Below, one piece after another: positions 1 to 13,100 of a stretch of 64,000 nt of DNA. Location: assembly GCF_009914755.1 (NCBI RefSeq), contig NC_060948.1, one strand, 5' to 3'. A model generated the notes under the pieces. The model saw only the letters and a list, made by a program, of their open reading frames with translations. It was not told where the DNA came from and did no database searches. This stretch comes from the human T2T-CHM13v2.0 reference genome, Homo sapiens. How positions within the stretch are numbered: position 1 is the first letter of the stretch; the number at the start of each line of letters is the position of its first letter. The translations under genes were made by a program, and so were the position numbers.

Positions 1-3000
1 GATTGGACTGGAATGCAATGGACTCGAATAGATTGGAAACGGAATGCAAAGGAATGGAATGGAATAGTATGGAATGGAATGGAAAGGAATGGAGTGGAAT
101 AGACTAGAGTGGAATGGAATGGACTCGAAAGCAATGGACTGGAATGGAACTTTCTTGAATGGACTGGAATCAAACGGAATGGAATGCAATGCAATCAAAT
201 GGCATGGAATAAAATAGAATGAAAGAGAATCAAATGGAATTGAATCGAATGGAATCGAATGGATTGGAAAGGAATAGAATGGAATGGAATGGAATTGACT
301 CAAATGGAATGGACTAGAATGGAATGGATTCGAATGGAAGGCAAAGGAATGGAATCTATTGGAATGGACTGTAATGGAATGGAATGGAAGGGATTGGAAT
401 GGACTCGAATGGAATGGACTGCAATAGAAAGGATTCGAATGGAATGAAAAAGAATTGAATGGAATAGAACAGAATGGAATCAAATCGAATGAAATGGAAT
501 GGAAGAGAAAGGAATGGAATGAAATGGAATGGAAAGGATTCGAATGGAATGCAATCGAATGGAATGCAATCGAATGGAATGGAATCGAACGGAATGGAAT
601 AAAATGGAAGAAAACTGGCAAGAAATGGAATCGAAATGAATGGAGTGTTATGGAACGGACTCAAAAGGAATTGAATGTAATAGAATGGAGTGGAGTGGAC
701 TCGAATATAATGGACTGGAATGGAATGAAATCACATGGAATGGGAACGAATGGAATGGAATGGAAAGGAATGGAATGGAAAGGAATGGAATCGAATGGAA
801 AGGAATCGAATGGAAGGGAATGAAATTGAATCAACAGGAATGGAAGGAAGTAGAATAGACGGTAATGGAATGGACTCGAATAGAATGGACACGAATGCTC
901 AAATTGAATGGACTCGAATGGAATGGAAACGAAAGGAATGTCGTCGAATGGAATTGAATCGATTGGAATGAAATCGCATAGAATGGAGTGGAATCAAATG
1001 GAATTGAATCGAAAGGAAAGGAAGCGAATGGTCTGAAATGAAATGGAATGGAATTGAATGGAAAGTAATGCAAGGGAATAGAATGGAACGAAATTTCACG
1101 GAATGGAATCAAACTGAATGGAATCAAATCAATGGAATATAATCAAATGGCATGGAAAGGAATTGAATGGAGTAGATTGGATTGGATGGGATTGGAATGA
1201 AATGTACTGGAAAGGACTCGAATTTCATGAAATGGAATGGAATGAACTGGAACGGAATGGACTCGAATGGAATGGAATGTCATGGAATGGCATCAAATGG
1301 AATGGCATCAAATGGAATGGAATCGAATGCAATGGAATGTTATGGAATGGAATGGAATGCATTGGAATGGAATGTCCCCTAATGGAATGGATTCGAGGGG
1401 AATGGAATCGAATATAATGGAGTCGAATGAAATGGAATTGAAAGGAAAGGGATCGAATACAATGGAATATACTGGAATGTAATGTAATGAACTCGAATGT
1501 AATTGACTAGAATGGAATGTACATGAATGGAATGTAATCGAATGGAAAATAATCTCATGGAATAGAATCTAATGCAATAAAATCGACTCAAATAGAATAG
1601 AATGGAATGGAATGGAGTGCAGTGCAATGGAATGGAATGGAATGGAATGCAATGGAATGGAATGGAATGGGATGGAATGGTATGGGATGGATAGAAATGG
1701 ACTGGAGTGAAATGGACTGGAAAGTAATGGACTCAAATTGAAAGAGCTCGAAAGAATGGAGTCAAATGGAATGGTCTGGAATGGAATGAACACGAATGTA
1801 ATGCAATCCAATAGAATGGAATCGAATGGCATGGAATATAAAGAAATGGAATCGAAGAGAATGGAAACGAATGGAATGGAGTTGAATGGAATGGAATTGA
1901 ATGGAATGGGAACGAATGGAGTGAAATTGTATGCAGTAGAAGAGAATAGAATGGAATGCAAGCGAAATTAAAGGAATGGATTGGAATGGAATGGAATTCA
2001 TTGGAATGGAAGGGAATGTATTGCAATGGACAGGCCTTTAATAAAGTGGAATGCTACGGTCTCGAATGGAATAAAAATGTATGGAATGGAATTCAATGAA
2101 ACGGAATCGAATGTCATAGAATGTAATGGAATGCAAAAAAATGGAATCCAAAATCATTGACTGGAAAGGCTGGGTGTCGAAAGGAATTGACTCCAATGGA
2201 ATGAAATCGAATGGAATGGAAGTGAATAGAATCGAAGTAAATCGAATGGAATGGAATTGTTAGGAACGGAATGGAAAGGAGTGCAATGATTTGGCATGGA
2301 ATGGAATCGAATGGCATTGAATGGAGTGGAATGGAATGCAATGGAATGGAATGTATTAGAATGTAATGAACATTAATGGAATGTACTCGAATGCATTCGA
2401 CTGGAATGGAATGTTCTGGAAGTGAATGGACTCCAATGGAATGGATTCGAAAGGAATGGAATCTAATGGAATGGAATTAAATGGAAACGAATCAAATTGA
2501 ATAGCACGGAATTGAATTGAATGGAATCGAATGCAATGGAATCTAATGAAATGGAAAGGAAAGGAATGGAATGGAATGGAATGGGCTGGAGTTGAATGGA
2601 ATCGATACGAATGGAATGGAATAGAACTGAAGAGACTGGAATGGAATTCACTGGAATGGAAGGGAGTGTAATGGAAGGATCTCGAAAAAAATGGAATCGA
2701 ATGGAATGGAATTGAATGGAACGGAATAGAGTCGAATGGAATTCAATGGAATTGAATGGACTAGAGTGAAATGGAATCGAACCACAAGGAATGGAGAGGA
2801 ATAGAATGGTCTCGAATTGAATGGAATCGTATGGAATGGCATCAAACGGAATGGAATGGACAGCCACGGAATGGAATGCACTCGAATGCAATGGAGTCGA
2901 AACTAATGGACTGGAATAGAATGGACTCGACTGGTACGGACTCCAATGGAATGGAATCGAAAGGAAGGGAATCGAACGGAATGGACTCGAAGGGAAAAGA

Positions 3001-6000
3001 CTGCAATGGAAAGGTCTCGAATGGAATGGAAATTAATGGAATGGAATGGAATCGAATGAAATGGAGTCAAAAGGAATGGAATCGAATGGCAAGAAATCGA
3101 ATGTAATGGAATCGCAAGGAATTGATGTGAACGGAACGGAATGGAATGGAATCCAAAGGAATGGAATAGAATGGAATGGAATCGAATGGAAAGGACTCGA
3201 ATGGAAATCACTCGAATAGAATGCAATTTAATAAAATAGGATCAAATGTAATGGAATGGAATGGAAAGGAATCGAAACGAAAGGAATGGAGACAGATGGA
3301 ATGGAATGGAACAGAGAGCAATGGTATAGAATGGAATGGAATCATCTGGAATGGAATTGAATGGAATGGAATAATATGAAATGGAATGGAATGGAATGGA
3401 ATGCCCTTGAATTAAATGGACTGGAATGGAATGGACTCAAAGAGAGTGGAATGGAAAGTGTTGAAATAGAATGGAATGGACTCGTTTGGAATGGTCTAGT
3501 ATGCAATGCAATCGACTGGCAGGGAATCAAGAGGAATGTAATCGAATGGATTGGACTGGAATGCAATGGACTCGAATAGATTGGAAACGGAATGCAAAGG
3601 AATGGAATGGAATAGTATGGAATGGAATGCAAAGGAATGGAGTGGAATAGACTAGAGTGGAATGGAATGGACTCGAAAGCAATGGACTGGAATGGAACTT
3701 TCTTGAATGGACTGGAATCAAACGGAATGGAATGCAATGCAATCAAATGGCATGGAATAAAATAGAATGAAAGAGAATCAAATGGAATTGAATCGAATGG
3801 AATCGAATGGATTGGAAAGGAATAGAATGGAATGGAATGGAATTGACTCAAATGGAATGGACTAGAATGGAATGGATTCGAATGGAAGGCAAAGGAATGG
3901 AATCTATTGGAATGGACTGTAATGGAATGGAATGGAAGGGATTGGAATGGACTCGAATGGAATGGACTGCAATAGAAAGGATTCGAATGGAATGAAAAAG
4001 AATTGAATGGAATAGAACAGAATGGAATCAAATCGAATGAAATGGAATGGAAGAGAAAGGAATGGAATGAAATGGAATGGAAAGGATTCGAATGGAATGC
4101 AATCGAATGGAATGCAATCGAATGGAATGGAATCGAACGGAATGGAATAAAATGGAAGAAAACTGGCAAGAAATGGAATCGAAATGAATGGAGTGTTATG
4201 GAACGGACTCAAAAGGAATTGAATGTAATAGAATGGAGTGGAGTGGACTCGAATATAATGGACTGGAATGGAATGAAATCACATGGAATGGGAACGAATG
4301 GAATGGAATGGAAAGGAATGGAATGGAAAGGAATGGAATCGAATGGAAGGGAATGAAATTGAATCAACAGGAATGGAAGGAAGTAGAATAGACGGTAATG
4401 GAATGGACTCGAATAGAATGGACACGAATGCTCAAATTGAATGGACTCGAATGGAATGGAAACGAAAGGAATGTCGTCGAATGGAATTGAATCGATTGGA
4501 ATGAAATCGCATAGAATGGAGTGGAATCAAATGGAATTGAATCGAAAGGAAAGGAAGCGAATGGTCTGAAATGAAATGGAATGGAATTGAATGGAAAGTA
4601 ATGCAAGGGAATAGAATGGAACGAAATTTCACGGAATGGAATCAAACTGAATGGAATCAAATCAATGGAATATAATCAAATGGCATGGAAAGGAATTGAA
4701 TGGAGTAGATTGGATTGGATGGGATTGGAATGAAATGTACTGGAAAGGACTCGAATTTCATGAAATGGAATGGAATGAACTGGAACGGAATGGACTCGAA
4801 TGGAATGGAATGTCATGGAATGGCATCAAATGGAATGGCATCAAATGGAATGGAATCGAATGCAATGGAATGTTATGGAATGGAATGGAATGCATTGGAA
4901 TGGAATGTCCCCTAATGGAATGGATTCGAGTGGAATGGAATCGAATATAATGGAGTCGAATGAAATGGAATTGAAAGGAAAGGGATCGAATACAATGGAA
5001 TATAGTGGAATGTAATGTAATGAACTCGAATGTAATTGACTAGAATGGAATGTACATGAATGGAATGTAATCGAATGGAAAATAATCTCATGGAATAGAA
5101 TCTAATGCAATAAAATCGACTCAAATAGAATAGAATGGAATGGAATGGAGTGCAGTGCAATGGAATGGAATGGAATGGAATGCAATGGAATGGAATGGAA
5201 TGGGATGGAATGGTATGGGATGGATAGAAATGGACTGGAGTGAAATGGACTGGAAAGTAATGGACTCAAATTGAAAGAGCTCGAAAGAATGGAGTCAAAT
5301 GGAATGGTCTGGAATGGAATGAACACGAATGTAATGCAATCCAATAGAATGGAATCGAATGGCATGGAATATAAAGAAATGGAATCGAAGAGAATGGAAA
5401 CGAATGGAATGGAGTTGAATAGAATGGAATTGAATGGAATGGGAACGAATGGAGTGAAATTGTATGCAGTAGAAGAGAATAGAATGGAATGCAAGCGAAA
5501 TTAAAGGAATGGATTGGAATGGAATGGAATTCATTGGAATGGAAGGGAATGTATTGCAATGGACAGGCCTTTAATAAAGTGGAATGCTACGGTCTCGAAT
5601 GGAATAAAAATGTATGGAATGGAATTCAATGAAACGGAATCGAATGTCATAGAATGTAATGGAATGCAAAAAAATGGAATCCAAAATCATTGACTGGAAA
5701 GGCTGGGTGTCGAAAGGAATTGACTCCAATGGAATGAAATCGAATGGAATGGAAGTGAATAGAATCGAAGTAAATCGAATGGAATGGAATTGTTAGGAAC
5801 GGAATGGAAAGGAGTGCAATGATTTGGCATGGAATGGAATCGAATGGCATTGAATGGAGTGGAATGGAATGCAATGGAATGGAATGTATTAGAATGTAAT
5901 GAACATTAATGGAATGTACTCGAATGGATTCGACTTTAATGGAATGTTCTGGAAGTGAATGGACTCCAATGGAATGGATTCGAAAGGAATGGAATCTAAT

Positions 6001-7100
6001 GGAATGGAATTAAATGGAAACGAATCAAATTGAATAGCACGGAATTGAATTGAATGGAATCGAATGCAATGGAATCTAATGAAATGGAAAGGAAAGGAAT
6101 GGAATGGAATGGAATGGGCTGGAGTTGAATGGAATCGATACGAATGGAATGGAATCGAACTGAAGAGACTGGAATGGAATTCACTGGAATGGAAGGGAGT
6201 GTAATGGAAGGATCTCGAAAAAAATGGAATCGAATGGAATGGAATTGAATGGAACGGAATAGAGTCGAATGGAATTCAATGGAATTGAATGGACTAGAGT
6301 GAAATGGAATCGAACCACAAGGAATGGAGAGGAATAGAATGGTCTCGAATTGAATGGAATCGTATGGAATGACATCAAACGGAATGGAATGGACAGCCAC
6401 GGAATGGAATGCACTCGAATGCAATGGAGTCGAAACTAATGGACTGGAATAGAATGGACACGACTGGTACGGACTCCAATGGAATGGAATCGAAAGGAAG
6501 GGAATCGAACGGAATGGACTCGAAGGGAAAAGACTGCAATGGAAAGGTCTCGAATGGAATGGAAATTAATGGAATGGAATGGAATCGAATGAAATGGAGT
6601 CAAAAGGAATGGAATCGAATGGCAAGAAATCGAATGTAATGGAATCGCAAGGAATTGATGTGAACGGAACGGAATGGAATGGAATCCAAAGGAATGGAAT
6701 AGAATGGAATGGAATCGAATGGAAAGGACTCGAATGGAAATCACTCGAATAGAATGCAATTTAATAAAATAGGATCAAATGTAATGGAATGGAATGGAAA
6801 GGAATCGAAACGAAAGGAATGGAGACAGATGGAATGGAATGGAACAGAGAGCAATGGTATAGAATGGAATGGAATCATCTGGAATGGAATTGAATGGAAT
6901 GGAATAACATGAAATGGAATGGAATGGAATGGAATGCCCTTGAATTAAATGGACTGGAATGGAATGGACTCGAACAGAGTGGAATGGAAAGTGTTGAAAT
7001 AGAATGGAATGGACTCGTTTGGAATGGTCTAGTATGCAATGCAATCGACTGGCAGGGAATCAAAAGGAATGTAATCGAATGGATTGGACTGGAATGCAAT
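1..7100 (+). repeat. Two units of a divergent subfamily (class I)
   Basis: These two units share variants absent from later units: GAGCTC at 1744 and 5277 followed by a 1-bp deletion (ctcgaaagaatgg); caggcctttaat; gcgaaattaaagg; gtcccctaat; ggaagagaaagg; a 15-bp deletion removing the cgtacgg motif; and three extra EcoRI sites per unit. Confidence 0.85.
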
Positions 7101-10100
7101 GGACTCGAATAGATTGGAAAGGGAATGCAAAGGAATGGAATGGAATAGTATGGAATGGAATGGAAAGGAATGGAGTGGAATAGACTAGAGTGGAATGGAA
7201 TGGACTGGAAAGCAATGGACTGGAATGGAACTTTCTTGAATGGACTGGAATCAAACGGAATGGAATGCAATGCAATCAAATGGCATGGAATAAAATGGAA
7301 TGAATGGGAATCAAATGGAATTGAATCGAATGGAATCGAATGGATTGGAAAGGAATAGAATGGAATGGAATGGAATTGACACAAATGGAATGGACTAGAA
7401 TGGAATGGATTCGAATGGAAGGCAAAGGAATGGAATCTATTGGAATGGACTGTAATGGAATGGAATGGAAGGGATTGGAATGGACTCGAATGGAATGGAC
7501 TGCAATAGAAAGGATTCGAATGGAATGAAAAAGAATTGAATGGAATAGAACAGAATGGAATCAAATCGAATGAAATGGAATGGAATAGAAAGGAATGGAA
7601 TGAAATGGAATGGAAAGGATTCGAATGGAATGCAATCGAATGGAATGGAATCGAACGGAATGGAATAAAATGGAAGAAAACTGGCAAGAAATGGAATCGA
7701 AATGAATGGAGTGTTATGGAACGGACTCAAAAGGAATTGAATGTAATAGAATGGAGTGGAGTGGACTCGAATATAATGGACTAGAATGGAATGAAATCAC
7801 ATGGAATGGGAACGAATGGAATGGAATGGAAAGGAATGGAATCGAATGGAAAGGAATCGAATGGAAGGGAATGAAATTGAATCAACAGGAATGGAAGGGA
7901 ATAGAATAGACGGTAATGGAATGGACTCGAATAGAATGGACACGAATGCTCAAATTGAATGGACTCGAATGGAATGGAAACGAAAGGAATGTCATCGAAT
8001 GGAATTGAATCGATTGGAATGAAATCGCATAGAATGGAGTGGAATCAAATGGAATTGAATCGAAAGGAAAGGAAGCGAATGGACTGAAATGAAATGGAAT
8101 GGAATTGAATGGAAAGTAATGCAATGGAATAGAATGGAACGAAATTTCACGGAATGGAATCAAATCAATGGAATCAAATCAAATGGAATGCAAAGGAATA
8201 GAATGGAGTATATTGGATTGGATGGGATTGGAATGAAATGTACTGGAAAGGACTCGAATTTCATGAAACGGAATGGAATGAATTGGAACGGAATGGACTC
8301 GAATGGAATGGAATGTCATGGAATGGCATCAAATGGAATGGCATCAAATGGAATGGAATCGAATGCAACGGAATGCTATGGAATGGAATGGAATGCATTG
8401 GAATGGAATGTCCTCTAATGGAATGGATTCGAGTGGAATGGAATCGAATATAATGGAGTCGAATGAAATGGAACTGAAAGGAATGGGATCGAATACAATG
8501 GAATATACTGGAATGTAATATAATGAACTCGAATGTAATTGACTGGAATGGAATGTACATGAATGGAATGTAATCGAATGCAAAGTAATCCAATGGAATA
8601 GAATCTAATGCAATAAAATCGACTCAGATAGAGTAGAATGTAATGGAATGGAGTGCAGTGCAATGGAATGGAATGCAATGGAATGGAATGGAATGGAATG
8701 GAATGGAATGGAATGGAATGGGATGGGATGGAATGGTATGGAATGGATAGTAATGGACTGGAGTGAAATGGACTGGAAAGGAATGGACTCAAATTGAAAG
8801 GGCTCGAAAGGAATGGAGTCAAATGGAATGGTCTGGAATGGAATGAACACGAATGTAATGCAATCCAATAGAATGGAATCGAATGGCATGGAATATAAAG
8901 AAATGGAATCGAAGAGAATGGAAACAAATGGAATGGAATTGAATGGAATGGAATTGAATGGAATGGGAACGAATGGAGTGAAATTGTATGCAGTAGAAGG
9001 GAATAGAATGGAATGCAAGCGAAAGGAAAGGAATGGATTGGAATGGAATGGAATTCATTGGAATGGAAGGGAATGTAGTGTAATGGACAGGCCTGGAATA
9101 AAGTGGAATGCTACGGTCTCGAATGGAATAAAAATGTATGGAATGGAATGCAATGAAACGGAATCGAATGTCATAGAATGTAATGGAATGCAAAAAAATG
9201 GAATCCAAAATCATTGACTGGAAAGGCTGGGTGTCGAAAGGAATTGACTCCAATGGAATGGAATCGAATGGAATGGAAGTGAATAGAATCGAACTAAATC
9301 GAATGGAATGGAATTGATAGGAACGGAATGGAAAGGAATGCAATGATTTGGCATGGAATGGAATCGAATGGCATCGAATGGAATGGAATGGAATGCAATG
9401 GAATGGAATGTATTAGAATGTAATGAACTTTAATGGAATGTACTCGAATGGATTCGACTGGAATGGAATGTTCTGGAAGTGAATGGACTCCAATGGAATG
9501 GATTCAAAAGGAATGGAATCGTACGGAATGGAATCTAATGGAATGGAATTAAATGGAAATGAATCAAATTGAATAGCACGGAATTGAATTGAATGGAATG
9601 GAATGCAATGGAATCTAATGAAACGGAAAGGAAAGGAATGGAATGGAATGGAATGGGCTGGAATGGAAAGGAATCGAAACGAATGGAATGGAATCGAAGT
9701 GAAGAGACTGGAATGGAATGCACTGGAATGGAAGGGAGTGTAATGGAAGGTTCTCGAAAAAAATGGAATCGAATGGAATGGAATTGAATGGAACGGAATA
9801 GAGTCGAATGGAATTGAATGGAATGGAATGGACTAGAGTGAAATGGAATCGAACCACAAGGAATGGACAGGAATAGAATGGTCTCGAATTGAATGGAATC
9901 GTATGGAATGGCATCAAACGGAATGGAATGGACAGCCACGGAATGGAATGCACTCGAATGCAATGGAGTCGAAACTAATGGACTGGAATAGAATGGACTC
10001 GACTGGTACGGACTCCAATGGAATGGAATCGAATGGAAGGGAATCGAACGGAATGGACTCGAAGGGAAAAGACTGCAATGGAAAGGTCTCGAATGGAATG

Positions 10101-13100
10101 GAAATTAATGGAATGGAATGGAATCGAATGAAATGGAGTCAAAAGGAATGGAATCGAATGGCAAGAAATCGAATGTAATGGAATCGCAAGGAATTGATGT
10201 GAACGGAACGGAATGGAATGGAATCCAAAGGAATGGAATAGAATGGAATGGAATCGAATGGAAAGGACTCGAATGGAAATCACTCGAATAGAATGCAATT
10301 TAATAAAATAGGATCAAATGTAATGGAATGGAATGGAAAGGAATCGAAACGAAAGGAATGGAGACAGATGGAATGGAATGGAACAGAGAGCAATGGTATA
10401 GAATGGAATGGAATCATCTGGAATGGAATTGAATGGAATGGAATAATATGAAATGGAATGGAATGGAATGGAATGGAATGGAATGCCCTTGAATTAAATG
10501 GACTGGAATGGAATGGACTCGAACAGAGTGGAATGGAAAGTTTTGAGATAGAATGGAATGGACTCCTTTGGAATGGTGTAGTATGCAATGCAATCGACTG
10601 GCAGGGAATCAAAAGGAATGTAATCGAATGGATTGGACTGGAATGCAATGGACTCGAATAGATTGGAAACGGAATGCAAAGGAATGGAATGGAATAGTAT
10701 GGAATGGAATGGAAAGGAATGGAGTGGAATAGACTAGAGTGGAATGGAATGGACTGGAAAGCAATGGACTGGAATGGAACTTTCTTGAATGGACTGGAAT
10801 CAAACGGAATGGAATGCAATGCAATCAAACGGCATGGAATAAAATAGAATGAAAGAGAATCAAATGGAATTGAATCGAATGGAATCGAATGGATTGGAAA
10901 GGAATAGAATGGAATGGAATGGAATTGACTCAAATGGAATGGACTAGAATGGAATGGATTCGAATGGAAGGCAAAGGAATGGAATCTTTTGGAATGGACT
11001 GTAATGGAATGGAATGGAAGGGATTGGAATGGACTCGAATGGAATGGACTGCAATAGATAGGATTCGAATGGAATGAAAAAGAATTGAATGGAATAGAAC
11101 AGAATGGAATCAAATCGAATGAAATGGAATGGAATAGAAAGGAATGGAATGAAATGGAATGGAAAGGATTCGAATGGAATGCAATCGAATGGAATGGAAT
11201 CGAACGGAATGGAATAAAATGGAAGAAAACTGGCAAGAAATGGAATCGAAATGAATGGAGTGTTATGGAACGGACTCAAAAGGAATTGAATGTAATAGAA
11301 TGGAGTGGAGTGGACTCGAATATAATGGACTGGAATGGAATGAAATCACATGGAATGGGAACGAATGGAATGGAATGGAAAGGAATGGAATCGAATGGAA
11401 AGGAATCGAATGGAAGGGAATGAAATTGAATCAACAGGAATGGAAGGGAATAGAATAGACGGTAATGGAATGGACTCGAATAGAATGGACACGAATGCTC
11501 AAATTGAATGGACTCGAATGGAATGGAAACGAAAGGAATGTCATCGAATGGAATTGAATCGATTGGAATGAAATCGCATAGAATGGAGTGGAATCAAATG
11601 GAATTGAATCGAAAGGAAAGGAAGCGAATGGACTGAAATGAAATGGAATGGAATTGAATGGAAAGTAATGCAATGGAATAGAATGGAACGAAATTTCACG
11701 GAATGGAATCAAACTGAATGGAATCAAATCAATGGAATCAAATCAAATGGAATGGAAAGGAATTGAATGGAGTAGATTGGATTGGATGGGATTGGAATGA
11801 AATGTACTGGAAAGGACTCGAATTTCATGAAACGGAATGGAATGAATTGGAACGGAATGGACTCGAATGGAATGGAATGTCATGGAATGGCATCAAATGG
11901 AATGGCATCAAATGGAATGGAATCGAATGCAATGGAATGCTATGGAATGGAATGGAATGCATTGGAATGGAATGTCCTCTAATGGAATGGATTCGAGTGG
12001 AATGGAATCGAATATAATGGAGTCGAGTGAAATGGAATTGAAAGGAATGGGATCGAATAGAATGGAATATACTGGAATGTAATGTAATGAACTCGAATGT
12101 AATTGACTGGAATGGAATGTACATGAATGGAATGTAATCGAATGGAAAGTAATCCAATGGAATAGAATCTAATGCAATAAAATCGACTCAGATAGAGTAG
12201 AATGTAATGGAATGGAGTGCAGTGCAATGGAATGGAATGGAATGGAATGCAATGGAATGGAATGGAATGGAATGGAATGGAATGGGATGGAATGGTATGG
12301 AATGGACAGTAATGGACTGGAGTGAAATGGACTGCAAAGGAATGGACTCAAATTGAAAGGGCTCGAAAGGAATGGAGACAAATGGAATGGTCTGGAATGG
12401 AATGAACACGAATGTAATGCAATCCAATAGAATGGAGTCGAATGGCATGGAATATAAAGAAATGGAATCGAAGAGAATGGAAACAAATGGAATGGAATTG
12501 AATGGAATGGAATTGAATGGAATGGGAACGAATGGAGTGAAATTGTATGCAGTAGAAGAGAATAGAATGGAATGCAAGCGAAAGGAAAGGAATGGATTGG
12601 AATGGAATGGAATTCATTGGAATGGAAGGGAATGTAGTGTAATGGACAGGCCTGGAATAAAGTGGAATGCTACGGTCTCGAATGGTATAAAAATGTATGG
12701 AATGGAATGCAATGAAACGGAATCGAATGTCATAGAATGTAATGGAATGCAAAAAAATGGAATCCAAAATCATTGACTGGAAAGGCTGGGTGTCGAAAGG
12801 AATTGACTCCAATGGAATGGAATCGAATGGAATGGAAGTGAATAGAATCGAACTAAATCGAATGGAATGGAATTGATAGGAACGGAATGGAAAGGAATGC
12901 AATGATTTGGCATGGAATGCAATCGAATGGCATCGAATGGAATGGAATGGAATGCAATGGAATTTAATGTATTAGAATGTAATGAACTTTAATGGAATGT
13001 ACTCGAATGGATTCGACTGGAATGGAATGTTCTGGAAGTGAATGGACTCCAATGGAATGGATTCCAAAGGAATGGAATCGTACGGAATGGAATCTAATGG

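Noticed and set aside
3225-3240. AATAAA hexamers in each unit as polyadenylation signals
   Set aside because: They are one or two substitutions from the pentamer consensus and expected by chance; there is no gene context or transcript evidence.
10280-11236. Long - strand ORFs up to 318 aa (FHSIP repeats; also 3342-4169, 13839-14780, 17427-18344 and others)
   Set aside because: (CATTC)n has no stop codons. ORF length varies from about 203 to 318 aa with 5-bp and 1-bp indels, so the frame is not conserved, and there is no recognisable domain.
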